Shown in pieces: positions 25,050 through 33,843 of a DNA stretch of 59,693 nt (position 1 is the stretch's first letter; each line of letters begins with the position of its first letter). The stretch covers positions 1 to 59,693 of the forward strand of contig JBFIHX010000015.1 of NCBI GenBank assembly GCA_041601615.1. The letters are read 5' to 3'. Source of the stretch: Thermoplasmatota archaeon (GTDB taxonomy: Archaea; Thermoplasmatota; E2; JACPAO01; JAHFTW01). The position numbers were made by a program, and so were the translations under genes. The notes below the pieces were generated by a model. The model searched no databases. It saw only the letters and a list, made by a program, of their open reading frames with translations, and was not told the origin of the DNA.

Positions 25050-27711
25050 GGGTTTCCTCCGCGACGACGCTGCGCGTTCCCTGTTTTTCGAGTCGAACGG
25101 CGTTGTGGATGGATTCGCTGAAGGCGTCGTCGTGGCTGACAACGATGAGTTGGTTGGTGCCGGCGCTTTCGAGGACGCGGGCGACGTTGTGGCGCACTTC
25201 GTCGTCGAGGTTTGCCGTGGGCTCGTCGTAGACACTGAACGACACGGGGCTGAGGCTTCGCAGCAGGCTGAGGCGCACGGCGAGGGCCGCCATCACTTGT
25301 TCGCCGCCGGATAGGTCCCCGAAGGTGCGCATGTGGCCGTCTTGGTCCGTCACCAAGACGTCGTAGTCGCGGTCCCATTGTAGGCGCACGGGGCGGCCGC
25401 CTGTGAGTTCTCGGAACCAATCGTCGGCTGCGATGCTGACGTGTTCGGTGAATCGTTCGGCGACGTGCGGGCCGAGGTCTTTGATGAGGCCTCGGACGCG
25501 GTGCGCGGTGCGCTCGACGCGGCGGGTTTTTGCAAGGCGTTGTTCGGCTTCGGCAAGCTCTCTGGCTGTCGCCTGGTCTTGGGCCACGGCGGCGTTGGCG
25601 CGTTCGACATCCACGGCCAAGGCTTTGGCTTCGGTTGCCAGTCGGACGTGTGTGGCGCGGGCGTTTCGGTCCTGTGTTTCGGCGTCCCGCAGTGCTTGTT
25701 TGTCTGCGTCGGTCCAGGCACTCCGGGCGGCTTCATGGTGTTGTTGATGAATCGCCTCGGCTTCATGCAAGGCGGCTTTTGCTCTGGTGTGTGTGCGGGC
25801 CCGTTCTTCGAGTTCGTTTGCCTGTCGGCGTTGGATGGCGAGTTCCTGCGCAAATCCTGATTCGAGCCGGAGCAGAGCCTCGGCGTCCTTGGCGCGTTGG
25901 TGGAGAGCGGCGTACCTTGGGGTGTTCTTGTCAAGCTCGTCGAGGCGAGCCCTGGCCGCGTGGAGGAGTTCCTCTTCGGCGTGCAGGGTGCGTTGCTGTG
26001 CGTTCAGGGTCTGCTGGAGTTTTTGGATCGTGGCTTCGGTGGCAAGCTTGTCTCGAAGCTCTCGGTGCAGCTTGGCGACAGCGTCCCGTTGGGCACCAGT
26101 TTTTTCGTGTTCGGCGCGGAGGCTCGGCAGCGTTTCCCGCGCCAGCGTTTGGGCGGCTTCGTGTTGTTGGCGCAGGTGCAGCAATCGAGGTTCCTGGTGG
26201 CTCCAGGCCGCCAGCTCCTCGTTGGTGCGCTTTTCGGCGGCTGCCGCGCTTTGCAGTTGTTCGAGGCCGTGCTCCAGGGTTCGCTGCTTGGCTACGAGTT
26301 CGTCCCGGCGGGCTTCGCGTTTGTCGCCAACGTGTTCGTCTGCCACGGGGCATGTCACGTCGAGGATGGGGCAGACTCGGTCCTCTGCGAGCATCTGAAA
26401 TTGTTGGTCGAGGGCGGCAGCAAGGCGGCGGGTGCCGTCTAGGTCTGCCTCGGCTGCGCGCAGGGCTTGTTCGGCGTCGGTGCTGGCTTGGAGGCCTGCC
26501 ATTGCGGTGGCTTGGGCTTCCAATTTTGTTCGTTCTGGCTCGTTGCGTCGTGCCTGGTCGAGGTCTCGTTGGGTGGCTTGCAGCGCTTCGGTAGCGGCGG
26601 CCAGCGCGGTATCTGCATCTTGGAGTCGGGCCGAGGCGTCCGTTTCTTGCTTGCGCAGTGCGTCGAAGTCGGGTGCGTCTTGGAGTTGGCTTTGCAGATC
26701 ACTGATGGTGGCGCGGGCGTCGTGGACGCGCTTGGTTCGTTCGGGAAGTTGTGCTTGCAATCGGGTTGCTTCGTCAAGGGCGTCACGGGCGTCACGGATT
26801 GCTTCTGATTGTTGGTCCAGCAACGTGGCGGCTGCTGCGAGTGCCGCTGCGCGTTCGGCGTGGTCTTGCAGCCATTGTGCGGCGGCGTGGGATTCGTTGT
26901 GCGCTTTCTTGGCGGCGTCGTGGGCCGTTCGGGCGTGCAGGAGCGCGGTTTCGGCTTGGTGGGCTTGGGTGCGCAGCGCTTCGGCGGTGGTTTGTTTTGC
27001 GCGTATGGTTTCGAGCTGCGTTTCGGCCTGGGCGAGTGCGTTTTGTGCTTGGTGCACGGTTTGTGTGTGCGTTGCCATTTGCTTGGCGAGTTTCTCGGCA
27101 AGGGTGGCTCGTGCGTCGGCGTCGCGTAGTCGTTCGGTCAGGATGGTGCAGTGGGTTTCGGCTTCTGCGACCTTGTGTTTTGCGTGGTCGTGGGCGGGTT
27201 TGAGGCCGTCGGCGGCGGTCTTGTATTCCTCTACACGAAGGACGGCGTCGAAGATGGCGCGGCGGGGGGTGGCGGTGGCGCCGAAGGCGGAGGTGAGTTG
27301 GCCTTGGGGTACTCCTACGAGTTCGTTCCATAATTTTGCAAGGTCTTCCGTGGGTTCTAGGCCCAGCAGCCCTCGGACTTGTTTGTAGACCTCGTCTTTT
27401 TGGGTTGCCAGGAGTGTTCCGTCGCCGGCAAGGAGCTTGATGCCGCTGCTTCCGCCGAGCCGGCGTTCCACTGCATGGCGTGTGCCGTCGAGGGCGAGGA
27501 AGGTGACGGTTGCCCGGCCGCTTTTGGTGCCCTTTCGGTGCCATTCGGTGCCGCGTTTGGGGCCGGCGTCGAAGAGGCAGTAGCCGATGGCTTGCAGGAC
27601 GCTGGTTTTGCCGGCTCCGTTTTGGCCAAGCAATGCGTTGGCGCCGGCTCGGAAGCGCACGACGGTGTCTTCGTGGCTTTTGAAGTCGCGCAGGCGCACG
27701 GATTCGATCAT
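25042..27711 (-). CDS. rad50: Rad50/SbcC ATPase
   Basis: GQNGAGKTS Walker A, VPQG Q-loop, long coiled coil, central CPILDVTC, LSGGE, DEPT-NLD, VSHD. Confidence 0.93.
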   Translation of the reverse strand: MIESVRLRDFKSHEDTVVRFRAGANALLGQNGAGKTSVLQAIGYCLFDAGPKRGTEWHRKGTKSGRATVTFLALDGTRHAVERRLGGSSGIKLLAGDGTLLATQKDEVYKQVRGLLGLEPTEDLAKLWNELVGVPQGQLTSAFGATATPRRAIFDAVLRVEEYKTAADGLKPAHDHAKHKVAEAETHCTILTERLRDADARATLAEKLAKQMATHTQTVHQAQNALAQAETQLETIRAKQTTAEALRTQAHQAETALLHARTAHDAAKKAHNESHAAAQWLQDHAERAAALAAAATLLDQQSEAIRDARDALDEATRLQAQLPERTKRVHDARATISDLQSQLQDAPDFDALRKQETDASARLQDADTALAAATEALQATQRDLDQARRNEPERTKLEAQATAMAGLQASTDAEQALRAAEADLDGTRRLAAALDQQFQMLAEDRVCPILDVTCPVADEHVGDKREARRDELVAKQRTLEHGLEQLQSAAAAEKRTNEELAAWSHQEPRLLHLRQQHEAAQTLARETLPSLRAEHEKTGAQRDAVAKLHRELRDKLATEATIQKLQQTLNAQQRTLHAEEELLHAARARLDELDKNTPRYAALHQRAKDAEALLRLESGFAQELAIQRRQANELEERARTHTRAKAALHEAEAIHQQHHEAARSAWTDADKQALRDAETQDRNARATHVRLATEAKALAVDVERANAAVAQDQATARELAEAEQRLAKTRRVERTAHRVRGLIKDLGPHVAERFTEHVSIAADDWFRELTGGRPVRLQWDRDYDVLVTDQDGHMRTFGDLSGGEQVMAALAVRLSLLRSLSPVSFSVYDEPTANLDDEVRHNVARVLESAGTNQLIVVSHDDAFSESIHNAVRLEKQGTRSVVAEETHA

Positions 27712-29030
27712 GCGGCGTCCTCCGGGGTGGCGACGGGCGCGCCAGGTTCGCTGGGTGCGGCTTCGTCGAGTTGTTCCAGAAGTTCGTACAGTGCTTCGGG
27801 GTCGCTGCCGGAGAGGGCTCCTGCTTTGAGGTCGAGGATGCCTCGAACGATGTGGTCGGCGGCGGTGGCGGGCAGTTCTCCCCAGGATGCGGCGAGTCGG
27901 CTCCGTAGGACGTCGGCTTCGATGGTGGCGCGGTCGACAGCGCCGGGTCGGGCGGGGACGTGCACGTCGTTGCGGCCTGCTTCGGAGCGCAATCGCACGA
28001 GCAATGCGCCGGTTTCGTCGGTGAGTTCCTTCTGGATGGCGTTGACGTCGAGGCGGGCGTAGGCGTCGGTGATGGTGCCGGTGAGGGTGACTTGGATGAG
28101 GGGCGCTGGCGCCATGTCCACGGGGTCTAGCATGGCTAGAAGTGCGTCTTTGAGGCTCTCGCGGGTTTCGTCGCTGCGAAGCCGGTGCGACAGGAGGTGA
28201 TAGGGGCGACGCAGCCCTTCAAAGAACTGGATTTCGTGCGGGCCGTCGTCGGGGACGGTGACGAGGTAGTAGCCGTGCTCCGTGTCGATTTCGGCGCTGC
28301 TGCGGTGTTCGGTGCCGCCAGGGTTGTGGATCCAATCGTCCACGTCGTACCGCTTGTGGTAGTGCCCGAGGGCCACGTAGTCGACTTTGCCTCGAAGAGG
28401 TTCGAGTGCTGTTTTTTCGAGGGCGTCGTGGCTGTTGGCGACTTGGCCGGTGAGTCCCAGGTGCATCATCATGACGGTCCAGGGGCGGCCCGAGCCGTCA
28501 GGGGCGTGGGCTTCGTGGGCCGCATGGACCGAATCGACCGCTTCGGCCAAGGCTGGGATCAGAGCCTCGGTGCGGCTGGCAAGGTGCGGCACGCCGATGA
28601 TGCGGTAGCGGCCTTGGGGGTCGTGGACGACGGCGCCGGAGCGGGTGGTTTCGTCCCAGTTGTCGAGTGCGATGCTGTCTGCGCCAAATGTGGGGGCGAG
28701 TAGGTCGAAGTGGCCGGTTTCGTTGAGCACGTCCAGCCAGCTGCTGTTGCGGCTCCAGAAGGTGGTGTCGTGGTTGCCTGCGATGGCGTAGACGGGGATG
28801 CCGGCTTCGAGGGGGATGCGTAGGCAGTCGGTGGCGTGTAGGAAGTGGTCGGGGTTGGTGTTTTGGCGGTCGAAAAAGTCGCCGCAGAGTAGGATGAAGT
28901 CGACGCCTTCGTCGACGCCGTGTTGGAGGGCTGCTTTGAGGCTGCGGGCGATGTCCACGGCGCGTTGCCGCAGGCCATACTGGGCGTAACCGAGGTGCGT
29001 GTCGCTGACGTGCAGGAATCGGAAACTCAT
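27708..29030 (-). CDS. mre11: Mre11/SbcD nuclease
   Basis: HVSDTHLG, GDFFD, GNHD, YVALGHYH, NPGGTE. Confidence 0.93.
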   Translation of the reverse strand: MSFRFLHVSDTHLGYAQYGLRQRAVDIARSLKAALQHGVDEGVDFILLCGDFFDRQNTNPDHFLHATDCLRIPLEAGIPVYAIAGNHDTTFWSRNSSWLDVLNETGHFDLLAPTFGADSIALDNWDETTRSGAVVHDPQGRYRIIGVPHLASRTEALIPALAEAVDSVHAAHEAHAPDGSGRPWTVMMMHLGLTGQVANSHDALEKTALEPLRGKVDYVALGHYHKRYDVDDWIHNPGGTEHRSSAEIDTEHGYYLVTVPDDGPHEIQFFEGLRRPYHLLSHRLRSDETRESLKDALLAMLDPVDMAPAPLIQVTLTGTITDAYARLDVNAIQKELTDETGALLVRLRSEAGRNDVHVPARPGAVDRATIEADVLRSRLAASWGELPATAADHIVRGILDLKAGALSGSDPEALYELLEQLDEAAPSEPGAPVATPEDAA

Positions 29031-29134
29031 CGGGGCACGCGGGGAGGGGGCGGGTGCGTACTTGGCCGTGATGATGGCGACCGAAACCACGCATCCGCAG
29101 TGTTTTGGCTGGCACGAGGCTAGGAGCCTTCGTC

Positions 29135-29854
29135 ATGGCCACCGGCTACGAAGAGGACCTCGCCTTCGTGCATCAGGATGGTTTTACGGACCTCGCGGAG
29201 GCGGCCGCACGCATGGTGCAAGATCTCGTCTCGCCACCGGGGCTTGTGGTGGACTTGGGGTGCGGCGGCGGGACGCTGCTGCGATTGCTTCTCGACGGGG
29301 GATTCGAGGGCCATGGGATTGATTTGTCGCCGAGTATGATTGCGTTGGCTCGCGAGGTCGTGCCGCAGGCGAGTTTGGAGGTGGGCGATGCGCTCACGGC
29401 TCCGATTGCGCCGTGTCTTGCGGTGACTGCAGTGGGCGAAGTGTTCAATTACGCCTTCGTAGAGCATGACGAGGGCGCAGTGTTGGCGGCGTTTCGACGC
29501 ATCCATGATGCGCTTTTGCCGGGCGGGGTGTTTTTGTTTGATGTGGCGACCACCGGCCGCGCGGGGGAGGGCCCGACGGTTGCCTCTCGATCGGGGCGGG
29601 GATGGCGCGTGGAGGCACGGGCGGAAGAAGCGGACGGTTGGTTAACTCGTACCATCGATACTTGGCGCATGTCAAAGCGGGGCGGGACGGAGCGGCACAC
29701 GCGGGAAGTGCATCGGCTGCGACTCATGGACCCAGCTTGGATCCTGGAAGCGCTCGAGGCGGCAGGCTTCGAGGCGGAGCACTTTGGAGGTTTCGATGAT
29801 TTTGGGTTCCAGGAGGGCTGGGATGGATTCCTTGCTCGCCCCCGGCCCAAATGA
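29135..29854 (+). CDS. class I SAM-dependent methyltransferase
   Basis: VVDLGCGGG, IDLSPSM, LLPGGVFLFD; AGGAG RBS. Confidence 0.9.
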   Translation: MATGYEEDLAFVHQDGFTDLAEAAARMVQDLVSPPGLVVDLGCGGGTLLRLLLDGGFEGHGIDLSPSMIALAREVVPQASLEVGDALTAPIAPCLAVTAVGEVFNYAFVEHDEGAVLAAFRRIHDALLPGGVFLFDVATTGRAGEGPTVASRSGRGWRVEARAEEADGWLTRTIDTWRMSKRGGTERHTREVHRLRLMDPAWILEALEAAGFEAEHFGGFDDFGFQEGWDGFLARPRPK

Positions 29855-29899
29855 TGGACGTGGAAAAAGGGGGAAGAGTTCTGGTGTTCCTTGATCGGG

Positions 29900-30736
29900 C
29901 TAGTCCCAGGGCTCGCAGCTTTCCTCGATGAAGTACTCCACGTACACGTCGTAGCGGCCCGTGCTGATGCCGGTCCCCACGTTCTCCTTTTCATTCGGGT
30001 AGACAGGGTCGTCCACCCATTCGCTGATGAACACCCAGAGATCGTCGAACTTGCCGTCTTGCTGGCCGCCTTCGCGCTCGAAGGTGTCCGGCATGAGGCA
30101 CATCCAGACTTGGGCGTCCGTGGGGTCGCCGCAGTCTTTGCTGTCCTTGCCAGGGTCATCGGTCTTTTCGGGCCCAACGGGAGGCCGATGGGGGTCTTGC
30201 TCGTAGGCGTATTGCTTGCAGGGCTCGCCAATCAAGGGAGGATTGGAGTATTGGCTCTTGAATTGGTCATCGTACCAGGGGTGCAGCCAGTGGTCGCCCG
30301 TCGGCCTCGTGTCTTGGTTGGTGCAGACTCCGTCGTCGTCGCGGTCGTTGCAGACCGTGATGGAGAATCCGTAGAATGGGTCGGGGGGCGCGAGTCCTCC
30401 GGCGTGCTCCACCCATACGCGAACGTAGTGCGGGTACGGGAACGGTTGGTTGTAGGGGCTCGTGTCGATGGACACAACGCCCGGCCCGGTGCCAAGCGCA
30501 TCGAACACCGCAGGCACAAGGGGGCAGACCATGGTCGGCGGCGCTTGTTGGCGAATGATGGAGATGCCATCGCCGCAAACGGCATACTTGTAGTCGATGC
30601 TGTTGGGGCCCTGCGTGGACTTCATGACGTGGTGCGGGTCGCGGTATGCAAGACTGCTGGGGGCAAAGGCGGTAAAAAGCAGGATGGCGATTGCTAATCC
30701 CACTGGAATTGTGTTGCGAAGCGTGTTTCGTCGCAT
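29900..30736 (-). CDS. secreted Asp/Cys-rich hypothetical protein
   Basis: Signal peptide; CNDRDDDGVC and multiple Cys. Confidence 0.7.
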   Translation of the reverse strand: MRRNTLRNTIPVGLAIAILLFTAFAPSSLAYRDPHHVMKSTQGPNSIDYKYAVCGDGISIIRQQAPPTMVCPLVPAVFDALGTGPGVVSIDTSPYNQPFPYPHYVRVWVEHAGGLAPPDPFYGFSITVCNDRDDDGVCTNQDTRPTGDHWLHPWYDDQFKSQYSNPPLIGEPCKQYAYEQDPHRPPVGPEKTDDPGKDSKDCGDPTDAQVWMCLMPDTFEREGGQQDGKFDDLWVFISEWVDDPVYPNEKENVGTGISTGRYDVYVEYFIEESCEPWD

Positions 30737-30819
30737 GAAGGCGCTACATCGTTCAGCGTCCTATGGATTTGCGCGTTGTTTTGTTTCCGGCCCTATTGGG
30801 CCGCTTCGGCCGGTCTCGA

Positions 30820-32076
30820 TCAGCGCAGCGTGAAGTCGTCGCCCATCATCGGCATGTGCACGGTGGCAAAGTCCGACAGGTCCGGGGCGAGTTCTTCGCG
30901 GTGGTCGCCGTGGAACAACACAATGTCGTCCGCTCCGGTGGCGCGAGCGAAGTCCACGAGGTCCTTGTGGCCGGCATGGGCACTGAAGTCGAACTTCTGC
31001 ACGCGAGTGTTGATTTTGTGGACCTTTTTGCCAGGATCCCGGGGGTCCAAGTCGAGGCTGCCGGTGTCGAGGAGCCTGCGGCCGTTGGTGCCGGGCACTT
31101 GGTAGCCCGTGAGCGCCAGTAGGCTCTTGGGGTCGTTGCGCAGGTTGTCCATGTAGTACAGGATGGGCCCGCCGTCGAGCATGCCGCTCGTGGTAATGAT
31201 GACGTCCGCTTTTTGCAGGGCGATGCCACGGCCGCGGTGGTTGCGAATGAATTTCACTTGGCTCATGGCGTTCTGGTAGCGACCGGGGTCCGCCAAGAAC
31301 TGCGGGTGGTTCGAGAAAATCTGGGCCACCTTGCGCGCCATTCCGTCCATCCAGACTTCGAATCCTTGGTCGGCCAGGACCATGGCGAGCTCTTGGGCGC
31401 GGCCCACGGCGAAGGCGGCGGCGACCGTGGTTCCGCCCATGCGACTGGTTTCGTCCACGGCATCGATGAAGGCGAGTTCCGTTTGGCGACGGTCTTCGTG
31501 TTCGCGGCCCGCGTAGGTGGTCTCCATGCACAAAATGTCGCACTTGACCGGTTTGCCGGCACCCACGAGGCGCTGCGGTTTGGTGTACAAATCCCCGGTG
31601 AACACCATGTTGCCGCTGCCCGTTTGTAGCTCCACTTGCGCGGCTCCGGGGATGTGGCCGGCGCTGTGGAATTTTGCACGCACGGGACCGATGTGGCGCG
31701 GGTGCTTGAAGTCCATGGGGTCGTACAAGTCTTGGGCGCTGGCGATGTCCTTTTCCGAGAACGGCTCCGGGAACCCTTCGCTGCGGGCAATTTTGAGCCC
31801 ATCGTGGTGCATCAAGGTCGAAACTTCTCCCGTGACGGGTGTAGTCATGATGGTGCTCTCCATGCGACTGACCAGCCACGGAATGTGGCCGGAGTGGTCC
31901 ATGTGCGCGTGCGTCAGAAACACCTGATCAATGGCCTGCGGCGGCAGCGGGTACTCCGGCGGGGAGTCCGGCGCGATGCCATAGTCAAACAGGAAACGGA
32001 GGTCGTCGACCTCGGCGGTGAAGCCCAGACGGCCAATGTCTTGGGCCGCCCCGAGGAAGCGACAGTCGAAGGACAC
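30820..32076 (-). CDS. beta-CASP metallo-beta-lactamase ribonuclease (aCPSF2-like)
   Basis: THAHMDHSG, AGHIPG, FTGD, ETTY, FAVGRAQE, SGMLDGG, FSAHAG, FHGD. Confidence 0.9.
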   Translation of the reverse strand: MSFDCRFLGAAQDIGRLGFTAEVDDLRFLFDYGIAPDSPPEYPLPPQAIDQVFLTHAHMDHSGHIPWLVSRMESTIMTTPVTGEVSTLMHHDGLKIARSEGFPEPFSEKDIASAQDLYDPMDFKHPRHIGPVRAKFHSAGHIPGAAQVELQTGSGNMVFTGDLYTKPQRLVGAGKPVKCDILCMETTYAGREHEDRRQTELAFIDAVDETSRMGGTTVAAAFAVGRAQELAMVLADQGFEVWMDGMARKVAQIFSNHPQFLADPGRYQNAMSQVKFIRNHRGRGIALQKADVIITTSGMLDGGPILYYMDNLRNDPKSLLALTGYQVPGTNGRRLLDTGSLDLDPRDPGKKVHKINTRVQKFDFSAHAGHKDLVDFARATGADDIVLFHGDHREELAPDLSDFATVHMPMMGDDFTLR

Positions 32077-32150
32077 GGCAGAACTTACGGGGCCGGTGGA
32101 TAAAAGAGGGGAGGAATTGGAGAAAGCAGGACAACGGGAGGAAGACGGTA

Positions 32151-33839
32151 TCAGACGCGGCGGCGTGCCACGAAAGCCGCGCCCACGAGAGCACCCAGCA
32201 GCAGCATGATGCCGGCGCCGGGAGCTTCGTTTCCATCGGTTCCCGTCGGAGCCTCGTCCGCGAGGAAGATTTGGTCGCGTTCGCCGGCGGGGTCAAACTC
32301 CATAGTGGCGTTTGCGATGCTCCACGCGTAGACACTCTTCGTGCCTTTCTCGACGAGCTTCAAGGGGTAGGCCTTGTCCTTTTCGTCCACGGCGGCATTG
32401 GGTAGGCCACGAGCGTCGGTGCGGATGTGGTAGACGTCCTCGCCCACGTGGATCCGCGCCAAGAATACCTCGAGGGTAATCTCCTTGGTGAGGTTCACGG
32501 CGTCCAGAATCACGATTTCCGGTTCGGCCTCGGCGCGCACGGAGAACTTGTGGGTTCCTGGGAGGATGTTCTTGAGCACCAGAATTGTTGAATTCTGGTC
32601 GTCGGCGGGGACCTGCATCTCGCCCAGCTCCTGCCCGGAGACGGACAGCGTGAAGTTCACGTCCGCAAGCCCATCGTCCTGGACCATGGTGACATTGAGC
32701 TCAATGTCCTCGCCCACGATTCTACGGTCTTGCAGGGCCTCCAGTTCGAGAATCCGAGCCGACGTGGTGAGTCTCGTCACGTTGACCAGACTGGTGAACT
32801 TGGCGCTGTTGCCAAAGGCGTCGGTTGCCGTCACCACCAATTGGCTTTGGCCTACGAACACGCCGGAGAATCCGATTTGGAAGTCGGTCTCTACGCCGCC
32901 CGTACCGGTGACCGTCGACTTCTCTCCCTGCAACCGCACAACGAGTGTGTAGTCACTCTGGTCTGCCACGGTGAAGTTGATGGGAATGAAGGCACCCACG
33001 TATAACGTCTTGCCTCGCGGGAACGAGACAGAGAGTTCGGGCGCGGAGTCATCCTTGAGCACCGTAACCTTCGCCACAGTCGGGGCGTTGCCCGCTCGGT
33101 CGGTGGCGCGGATGGTCAGTTCGTTTTCTCCGGGGAAGAAGCTCTTTGAGTCCACCAGGTAGGGCGCCTTGAGGGTGAAGAACTTGTCTGCCGGCATGCC
33201 GGCAGGCTGTCCATTCACCGTTCGATCAATGCGGTATTCCACTACGCCAATCAAGTCGTCCGTGACCTTGGGCTGGAGTGCCTGGCCGGCGTGCAGCCGG
33301 ATGATTCCATCGGTAGGATCCTTGCCCGGGAAAGTGACCACGGGACTCGCGTCGTCGTCAGCCGTCACTTCGAGGGTACGGTCGTCCGTGCAGTCGTGGG
33401 TGACTCCAAAGCGATCTGCCACCGTCAGCGACATGTCCCAGGTGCCTTCCACCAATCGCAGCGTATCCACGGACATGGAGCCCTTGAATACGGTGTTTGT
33501 GTCGAAGGTGTTTGGATCGTTGTCTCGCGGCGTGTAGATCGTGTTGCGAACCAGGCCGAGCGTCAATTCGGTGGGCGACTCTCCGTTCGCCACGCGCTTC
33601 TGAAGTGTTGCGATGCTCGAACTTGCATCCGTGTGCTTGCTGAGGCCCTCGAGGCACCCTGCAGCCTTCATGGACTCCTTGACATCCAAGAGCCAGTCCA
33701 AGGACTTGCCCGCGTCTGCCTTGAGGTCCACAGTGATGGGCGCGTCCGCCGTCTTCGGGTAGGGCAAATCGATGCCCTGCACGAGCGGAACCAGCAGAAG
33801 GCCAAGGATGAGGGCCGGGAGTACGGCATTGGATTTCAT
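32151..33839 (-). CDS. secreted Ig-like surface protein with PG-CTERM-like anchor
   Basis: Signal peptide; ATDRAGN / ATDAFGN Ig-like repeats; EAPG-TM-RRRV. Confidence 0.8.
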   Translation of the reverse strand: MKSNAVLPALILGLLLVPLVQGIDLPYPKTADAPITVDLKADAGKSLDWLLDVKESMKAAGCLEGLSKHTDASSSIATLQKRVANGESPTELTLGLVRNTIYTPRDNDPNTFDTNTVFKGSMSVDTLRLVEGTWDMSLTVADRFGVTHDCTDDRTLEVTADDDASPVVTFPGKDPTDGIIRLHAGQALQPKVTDDLIGVVEYRIDRTVNGQPAGMPADKFFTLKAPYLVDSKSFFPGENELTIRATDRAGNAPTVAKVTVLKDDSAPELSVSFPRGKTLYVGAFIPINFTVADQSDYTLVVRLQGEKSTVTGTGGVETDFQIGFSGVFVGQSQLVVTATDAFGNSAKFTSLVNVTRLTTSARILELEALQDRRIVGEDIELNVTMVQDDGLADVNFTLSVSGQELGEMQVPADDQNSTILVLKNILPGTHKFSVRAEAEPEIVILDAVNLTKEITLEVFLARIHVGEDVYHIRTDARGLPNAAVDEKDKAYPLKLVEKGTKSVYAWSIANATMEFDPAGERDQIFLADEAPTGTDGNEAPGAGIMLLLGALVGAAFVARRRV

Positions 33840-33843
33840 GCGT

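Noticed and set aside
21728-29030. HerA/NurA/SMC-like genes as a novel anti-phage system
   Set aside because: Gene set and order match the housekeeping Mre11-Rad50-NurA-HerA repair operon; no Sir2 or other effector
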